From Heptranchias perlo (lineage: Eukaryota), in assembly GCF_035084215.1 (NCBI RefSeq), contig NW_027139666.1:992001-1056000 (forward strand): 64,000 nucleotides of DNA, read 5' to 3'. Positions 55,380-64,000 of the stretch are shown one piece after another (within the stretch, counting starts at the first letter, position 1; each line of letters starts with the position of its first letter). A program made the translations under genes and the position numbers. Below the pieces are notes generated by a model that saw only the letters and a list, made by a program, of their open reading frames with translations, searched no databases and was not told the DNA's origin.

Positions 55380-55754
55380 ATGCCTGAGGACAAGAAAGCA
55401 GCTCCCAAGAAGGGCGCCAAGAAAACCTTGAGTAAAGCACCAGCCAAGGGCGGCAAGAAGCGGAGAAAGGCGAGGAAGGAGAGTTACTCCATCTACGTCT
55501 ACAAAGTGATGAAGCAGGTTCACCCCGACACCGGCATCTCCTCCAAGGCCATGAGCATCATGAACTCCTTTGTGAACGATATTTTCGAGCGCATCGCGGG
55601 AGAGGCTTCCCGCCTGGCCCATTATAATAAACGCCGCACCATCAGCTCTCGGGAGATCCAGACCGCCGTCCGCCTGCTGCTGCCCGGGGAACTGGCCAAG
55701 CACGCCGTGTCGGAAGGGACAAAGGCGGTGACCAAATACACCAGCTCCAAGTAA
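55380..55754 (+). CDS. H2B: Histone H2B (copy 3)
   Basis: Intact 124-aa H2B; stem-loop 55789-55804. Confidence 0.99.
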   Translation: MPEDKKAAPKKGAKKTLSKAPAKGGKKRRKARKESYSIYVYKVMKQVHPDTGISSKAMSIMNSFVNDIFERIAGEASRLAHYNKRRTISSREIQTAVRLLLPGELAKHAVSEGTKAVTKYTSSK

Positions 55755-56530
55755 AACTCCACAATATACTGAAAAAAATAAACACAAAGGCTCTTTTAAG
55801 AGCCACCCACAGTCTCTCTGAAGACGCTGTACCGATACCTCTGGATGGAATCATTTTACGGTAGATAAGATAGTTTGACACTAACTGTCTCTCTATAACT
55901 TGTCCTTTTGTGATTTCTCTTGATATCGGGAAGATTCTCACAATAACTGCCGGGTATAATCTGTGTGTCGATGTTCAATTTACAGCCAATAAACAAAAAC
56001 GTGTCCCTGAACCTCTCATTTCAGTTCATTTTCCGCCCCTTCCCCCGCGTCTGACACTTCAGAGCCGTTTTCAGGCGGTGGATTCGAGTTCGGTTATTTC
56101 TTTCTCCTTCTCACGTTTGTTTGTTAATTATTCGGGACAAAATGAGGCTTTATTCCGGCCCGATTGAAAGCGAACGGAGAATGAAGCGGGTTGAAACAGA
56201 TTCTGGAAGTTGTGACGAGAAATGTGGAATAACAGAGTAAAAGATGAGATGTCTAAATATTTGCTTTTACGCGAAATTATTTACTAAATCCGCTTCTTGT
56301 GTTACAAATATATTGGCGGGCTTTTCAAATTTCAAAAAAACGGTTCTGGTCGGTATTTTCCGCCCTTTTCTCATTGCCGGCTATTGATTGGTGAATAAAA
56401 CAGCCCTCTGATTGGTTTAACGAACAGCTCAATGAGGTTGAGAACACATGGACCAATCACAAGTGCCCCCACTGCAGTCGTCCAGAAAGTATAAGAAGGG
56501 CGAGTGCGGGAGGATTTCTTCATTCTTTGT

Positions 56531-56623
56531 AAACAATTTTACAACACCAAGTTATAGTGCAGCAATTTTATTTTAAATTCACAAGCTTTCGGAGGCTACC
56601 TCCTTCCTCAGGTGAACGATGTG
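56531..56623 (-). mobile_element. Penelope pseudo-LTR terminal fragment
   Basis: Minus strand contains CCTGAGGAAGGAGG, identical to the end of 35683-36760, followed by AATAAA and the element end. Confidence 0.8.
56578..56616 (-). ncRNA. Minimal type-I hammerhead ribozyme (Penelope type)
   Basis: UUCAC-CUGAGGA-A-GGAGG UAG CCUCC-GAAA-GC-UU-GUGAA: stem I, core, stem II, helix III reduced to palindromic AAGCUU. Confidence 0.85.
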
Positions 56624-57012
56624 AGGAGCCGAGCAATGCGGAGGGAGCGTCCGATAAAAGGCGGGATTTCAGAGCGCTGAGAACAGCTGAGAGGAGCCGA
56701 GCCGAGCGGAGGGAGCGTCGGATAAAAGGCGGGATTTCAGAGAGCTGAGAACAGCTGAGAGGAGTGGAGCGGAGGGAGCGTCCGATAAAAGGCGGGATTT
56801 CAGAGCGCTGAGAACAGCTGAGAGGAGCCGAGCCGAGCGGAGGGAGCATCCGATAAAAGGCGGGATTTCAGAGCGCTGAGAACAGCTGAGAGGAGCCGAG
56901 CGGAGGGAGCGTCCGATAAAAGGCGGGATTTCAGAGCGCTGAGAGGAGCCGAGCGGAGGGAGCGTCCGATAAAAGGCGGGATTTCAGAGCGCTGAGAAGA
57001 GCCGAGCCGAGC
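56624..57012 (+). repeat. About six 50-68 bp GC-rich monomers in the CR1 5'UTR
   Basis: Repeats of AGGAGCCGAGCGGAGGGAGCGTCCGATAAAAGGCGGGATTTCAGAGCGCTGAGAACAGCTGAG. Confidence 0.93.
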
Positions 57013-57329
57013 TGCGACCGAGTTCGAAGTGACGTCAGGAATCAGATCGGGACGCGACACAGGGGAGGCACCTGATTGGTGAGTAGGTTCAGGTGAGTAT
57101 TTCTCCTGATCTACAGTAACTGAAGTAAAAGGAAAGGGAAGGTCTGCAGGTCTTATAGGAAGTAGCGTTTATTTTTTAGTGAATCAAGGTCCCTAGTGTA
57201 GTTAACATTCTCTAAATTGAGAACAATTTAAAGGAGTAAACTCCTTAAAGGGAGTGGTAAGTAGTTTTTCTTTCCTTTTTTTTTCTCTTGACATTGTAGT
57301 TGTTCTTAAGCTAATTTAAGGGTTACGTC

Positions 57330-58265
57330 ATGGCAGGAGATCCCAGGGCCGTGTCATGTTCCTCTTGTGGGATGTGGGAATTCAGGGCTCCTTCCTGTAT
57401 CCCTGATTCCTTCACCTGCGGGAAGAGTGTCCAGCTGCAGCTAATGTTTGACCGCTTGACGGCTCTGGAGCTGCGGATGGACTCACTTTGGAGCATCCGC
57501 GATGCTGAGAAAGTCGTGGATAGCACGTTCAGTGAGTTGGTCACACCGCAGATAAAAATTACTGAGGGAGATAGTGAATGGGTGACCAACAGACAGAGGA
57601 AGAGTAGGAAGGCAGTGCAGAGGTCCCCTGCGGTCATCTCCCTCCAAAACAGGTATACTGTTGGGGGAGATGGCTCACCAGGGGAAGGTGGCAGTGGCCT
57701 GGTTCATGGCACCGTGGCTGGCTCTGCTGCACAGGAGGGCAGGAAAAAGAGTGGCAGAGCTATAGTGATAGGGGACTCGATTGTAAGGGGAATAGACAGG
57801 CGTTTCTGCGGACGCAACCGAGACTCCAGGATGGTATGTTGCCTCCCTGGTGCAAGGGTCAAGGATGTCTCGGAGCGGCTGCAGGACATTCTGGAGGGGG
57901 AGGGTGAACAGCCAGTTGTCGTGGTGCATATCGGCACCAACGATATAGGTAAAAAACAGGATGAGGTCCTACAAGCTGAATTCAGGGAGTTAGGAGTTAA
58001 ACTAAAGAGTAGGACCTCAAAGGTAGTAATCTCAGGATTGCTACCAGTGCCACGGGTTAGTCAGAGTAGGAATGACAGGATAGCTAAGATGAATACGTGG
58101 CTTGAGAGATGGTGCAAGAGGGAGGGCTTCAAATTCCTGGGCCATTGGAACCGGTTCTGGGGGAGGTGGGACCAGTACAAATTGGACGGTCTGCAACTGG
58201 GCAGGACTGGAACCAATGTCCTAGGGGGAGTGTTTTCCAGTGCTGTTGGGGAGGGTTTAAACTAA
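57330..58265 (+). CDS. CR1 ORF1: Cys-rich zinc-finger-like N-terminus, coiled coil, SGNH esterase-like domain
   Basis: CSSC...CGKS, LQLMFDRLTALELRMDSL heptads, GDS/GTND; DGLH mutated to DGLQ. Confidence 0.9.
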   Translation: MAGDPRAVSCSSCGMWEFRAPSCIPDSFTCGKSVQLQLMFDRLTALELRMDSLWSIRDAEKVVDSTFSELVTPQIKITEGDSEWVTNRQRKSRKAVQRSPAVISLQNRYTVGGDGSPGEGGSGLVHGTVAGSAAQEGRKKSGRAIVIGDSIVRGIDRRFCGRNRDSRMVCCLPGARVKDVSERLQDILEGEGEQPVVVVHIGTNDIGKKQDEVLQAEFRELGVKLKSRTSKVVISGLLPVPRVSQSRNDRIAKMNTWLERWCKREGFKFLGHWNRFWGRWDQYKLDGLQLGRTGTNVLGGVFSSAVGEGLN

Positions 58266-61214
58266 TGTGGCAGGGGGATGGGAACCGATGCACGAAGTCA
58301 GATGGAAATAAAGTGGTGACAGAAACAAAAGGCAGTAAGGGAGATTGTACAGAACATGACCGGACAGATGTTCTGAGAAAGCAGGGCAAAGACCAAGGGA
58401 AGTCTAGATTAAACTGCATTTATTTCAATGCAAGAAGTCTGATGGGCAAGGCAGATGAACTCAGGGCATGGATGGGTACATGGGACTGGGATGTTATAGC
58501 TATTACTGAAACATGGCTAAGGGAGGGGCAGGACTGGCAGCTCAATGTTCCAGGGTACAGATGCTATAGGAAAGATAGAGCAGGAGGTAAGAGAGGAGGG
58601 GGAGTTGCGTTCTAGATTAGGGAGAACATCACGGCAGTAGTGAGAGGGGATATATCCAGGGGTTCTCCCACTGAGTCCATATGGGTAGAACTGAAAAATA
58701 AGAAGGGAGAGATCACTTTGATAGGATTGTACTACAGACCCCCAAATAGTCAACGGGAAATTGAGGAGCAAATATGTAAGGAGATTACAGACAGCTGCAA
58801 GAAAAATAGGGTGGTAATAGTAGGGGACTTTAACTTTCCCAACATTGACTGGGACAGCCATAGCATTAGGGGCTTGGATGGAGAGAAATTTGTTGAGTGT
58901 ATTCAGGAGGAATTTCTCATTCAGTATGTGGATGTCCCGACTAGAGAGGGGGCAAAACTTGACCTCCTCTTGGGAAATAAGGAAGGGCAGGTGACAGAAG
59001 TGTTAGTGAGGGATCACTTTGGGACCAGTGATCATAATTCCATTAGTTTTAAGATAGCTATGGAGAAGGATAGGTCTGGCCCAAAAGTTAAAATTCTAAA
59101 TTGGGGAAAGGCCAATTTTGATGGTATTAGACAGGAACTTTCAGAAGTTGATTGGGAGAGTCTGTTGGCAGTCAAAGGGACGTCTGTTAAGTGGGAGGCT
59201 TTCAAAAGTGTGTTAACCAGGGTTCAGGGTAAGCACATTCCTTATAAAGTGAAGGGCAAGGCTGGTAGAAGTAGGGAACCTTGGATGACTCGGGAGATTG
59301 AGGCACTAGTCAAAAATAAGAAGGAGGCATATGACATGCATAGGCAGCTGGGATCAAGTGGATCCCTTGAAGAGTATAGAGATTGCCGGAGTAGAGTTAA
59401 GAGAGAAATCAGGAGGGCAAAAAGGGGATATGAGATTGCTTTGGCAGATCAGGCAAAGGTGAATCCAAAGAGCTTCTACAAATACATAAAGGGCAAAAGG
59501 GTAACTAGGGAGCGAGTAGGGCCTCTTAAGGATCAACAAGGTCATCTATGTGCGGAACCACAAGAGATGGGTGAGATCCTGAATGAATATTTCACATCGG
59601 TATTTACGGTTGAGAAAGGCATGGATGTTAGGGAACTTGGGGAAATAAATAGTGATGTCTTGAGGAGTGTACATATTACAGAGAGGGAGGTGCTGGAAGT
59701 CTTAACGCGCATCAAGGTAGATAAATCTCCGGGACCTGATGAAATGTATCCCAGGACGTTATGGGAGGTTAGGGAGGAAATTGCGGGTCCCCTAGCAGAG
59801 ATATTTGAATCATCCACCGCTACAGGTGAGGTGCCTGAAGATTGGAGGGCAGCAAATGTTGTGCCTTTGTTTAAGAAGGGCGGCAGGGAAAAGCCTGGGA
59901 ACGACAGACCAGTGAGCCTGACATCTGTAGTGGGTAAGTTGTTAGAGGGTATTCTGAGGGACAGGATCTACAGGCATTTGGAGAGGCAGGGACTAATTAG
60001 GAACAGTCAGCATGGTTTTGTGAGAGGAAAATCATGTCTCACGAATTTGATTGAGTTTTTTGAAGGGGTAACCAAGAATATAGATGAGGGCTGTGCAGTA
60101 GACGTGGTCTACATGGACTTCAGCAAAGCATTTGACAAGGTACCGCAAGGTAGGTTGTTACATCAGGTTAAATCTCATGGGATCCAAGGTGAGGTAGCCA
60201 ATTGGATACAAAATTGGCTTGACGACAGAAGACAGAGGGTGGTTGTAGAGGGTTGTTTTTCAAACTGGATGCCTGTGTCCAGCGGTGTGCCTCAGGGATC
60301 GGTGCTGGGTCCGCTGTTATTTGTTATTTATATTAATGATTTGGATGAGAATTTAGGAGGCATGGTTAGTAAGTTTGCAGATGACACCAAGATTGGTGGC
60401 ATTGTGGACAGTGAAGAAGGTTATCTAGGATTGCAACGGGATCTTGATAAATTGGGCCAGTGGGCCGATGAATGGCAGATGGAGTTTAATTTAGATAAAT
60501 GTGAGGTGATGCATTTTGGTAGATCGAATCGGGCCAGGACCTACTCCGTTAATGGTAGGGCATTGGGGAGAGTTATGCAACAAAGAGATCTGGGAGTTCA
60601 GATTCATAGCTCCTTGAAAGTGGAGTCACAGGTGGATAGGGTGGTGAAGAAGGCATTCAGCATGCTTGGTTTCATTGGGCAGAACATTGAATGCAGGAGT
60701 TGGGATGTCTTGTTGTAGTTGTACATGGCATTGGTGAGGCCACACTTGGAGTACTGTGTACAGTTCTGGTCACCCTATTATAGAAAGGATATTATTAAAC
60801 TAGAAAGAGTGCAGAAAAGATTTACTAGGATGCTACCGGGACTTGATGGTTTGACTTACAGGGAGAGGTTAGACAGACTGGGACTTTTTTTCCCTGGAGA
60901 GTAGGAGGTTAAGGGGTGATCTTATCGAAGTCTATAAAATAATGAGTGGCATAGATAAGGTAGATAGTCAAAATCTTTTCCCAAAGGTAGGGGAGTCCAT
61001 AACGAGGGGGCATAGATTTAAGGTGAGAGGGGAGAGATAAAAAAGGGTCCAGAGGGGCAATTTTTTCACTCAAAGGGTGGTGAGTGTCTGGAACGAGCTG
61101 CCAGAGGCAGTAGTAGAGGCGGGTACAATTTTGTCTTTTAAAAAGCATTTGGACAGTTAAATGCTTAAGATGGGTATAGAGGGATATGGGCCAAGTGCAG
61201 GCAATTGGGACGAG
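58265..61214 (+). pseudogene. Disrupted CR1 ORF2
   Basis: TAG at 58613-58615 and 60716-60718, +1 frameshift in a T-run near 60885-60891, further stops downstream. Confidence 0.92.
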
Positions 61215-61294
61215 CTTAGTGGTATAAACTGGGTGACATGGATATGTTGGGCAGAAGGGCCTGTTTCCATGTTGTAACTTCTATGATTCTATGT

Positions 61295-61927
<633 letters not shown>

Positions 61928-62574
61928 AGCGGACACGATTTGATCTGATAACCCAAAGGCTCTTTTCAGAGCCACCCACTGTATCGGTGAAAGGGCTGGT
62001 TGCTGTCGAAGCGAGTCAGGAATCAATTTAATAGGGGCTTGATTCCGATCCCAGAAACTAACAATAACTTGTTCAATACATATGATCCAGATCGGTCTGC
62101 TGCAGTACTCGCTTCTGGACAGCAGATGTCGCCAATCTCCCATAGATTGATAATTGCAGATTGTATGGTGAATGAGACAATAAATAACAAAATCGTCAGA
62201 ATTGTCAATTGGGCGTGAGGGATACAGAAATACCAGGGACGCCTATCATTATTTTCTGTCTCATTCTCGGACAACACTGGCTCAGTCTGAGTTATTTTGC
62301 CCAGATTTGAACAGATGCTGACTGATATGCTGATTATTGTGTCAGCGATTGCTGAATTGAGAATGTGAGTGCAATTTCTTTTTGGATGTGAGTGAGGGAA
62401 TTATTCTGTCCCTGTCCGTCCCACATCTGCTCCCTCCCTTTTATGCATTTCCCATTCAAACAAGTTTCTCACAGCCATGCGATTTCAACCCAGGCGATCA
62501 CAGCTCTTTCCATCGCCGATTTGGTGGCTCTGAAAAGAGCCTTTGTTGAACTTGGTGCTGAAGCCGGGTCGGGT

Positions 62575-63114
<540 letters not shown>

Positions 63115-63854
63115 TCAGGGAGGGACCGCCCCGGGACTGTGATTGGTAGATTTGAACCGAGCTCTGTCAGACCGAAACGGCGGGAGGTATTGTGCCCAAT
63201 TGGCTGAGCTGAAACTAAACATGAATTTCAAAATGCCCGCCAATTTCAGGTCATCAAATAACAGTTTCAAGAAAATCTCATTTCCCTCAAGCAATTTAAG
63301 AATCCCTCTCTGTATAATCTCCATTATTTCCAACTCCTCAGCTCAAATCTCAAGCTGTTTCACATTCCGGTTCATTCTCTGATCTGCCTGTAAACGGGCG
63401 GGAATTAAGCCCCGGTCATTGTTTTCCTGAACGGGACAAAGTCCAGCATCAATTTCAAAAATCCCGCTAGTTCCAGCCCGGTGAACCGCTCCTCAAACAG
63501 AAACTTCACATCGACCTGATAATTGAATGAAACACCGAGCAGAGAGGACACAGCGGGAGAGGTTGTGAGGCGGGATTTTACTCTGAACGGAGAATGTAAT
63601 GTCTGCGGAAAGACTCTGTATCACCACCTGTTCATTTATACCGTGAAACCGGGAATTCCGCTTTCTCTCGGGATGGCTGATCTCCCTTGACTGAATGTTG
63701 GGGAATCTCCCCATCGTAATTAAATATCGGAAACTGCTTCCCCACTCCTAAATATTCCCTCTCCCCGTTCCCAGGTCAGTGCTCTCTCTGTGAGGCGGTG
63801 GGTGGCTCTTAGAAGAGCCTTTGTTTTGTGTTCGGTTAGAAAGGGTCCAGTTGT

Positions 63855-64000
<146 letters not shown>

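Larger units (their letters stand above)
56624..61293 (+). mobile_element. Apparently full-length CR1-clade LINE, family A, with tandem-repeat 5'UTR
   Basis: 5' repeats, complete ORF1, ORF2 with stops and a frameshift, (TTCTATGA)n tail; near-identical by eye to 49711-53576; ATGTG at both ends. Confidence 0.96.

Overview
Vertebrate genomic DNA, most likely a cartilaginous fish. That assignment is inferred from the CR1, L2 and Penelope repeat types and is not proven. The window is part of a replication-dependent histone gene array. One complete quintet (H2B+, H2A+, H3-, H4-, H1-; 5.6-11.2 kb) is followed by two rearranged copies of the same ~20-28 kb unit. The second copy has H2B, H2A, an inverted H4 and a decayed H2A (29.7-39.6 kb). 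The third has H2B, an interrupted H2A, H3 and a partial H4 (55.4-64 kb). Spacers contain related 46-bp and 82-bp satellites, a 50-bp minisatellite, old CR1/L2 relics, four young CR1 insertions of two families, a Penelope (GIY-YIG) fragment, one intact tRNA-Gly(TCC) and three decayed copies. Three signals stand out. (1) A composite insertion in an H2A 5'UTR (Penelope hammerhead-ribozyme end + full-length CR1 + inverted locally captured DNA) lies inside one 12-bp target duplication. (2) Ten extended CTCF-like motifs show a consistent orientation around the histone genes and the tRNA. (3) Two CR1 5' junctions are fold-back or flank-templated. There are no prokaryotic systems or CRISPR arrays. Coordinates were read by eye, and repeat boundaries are approximate.
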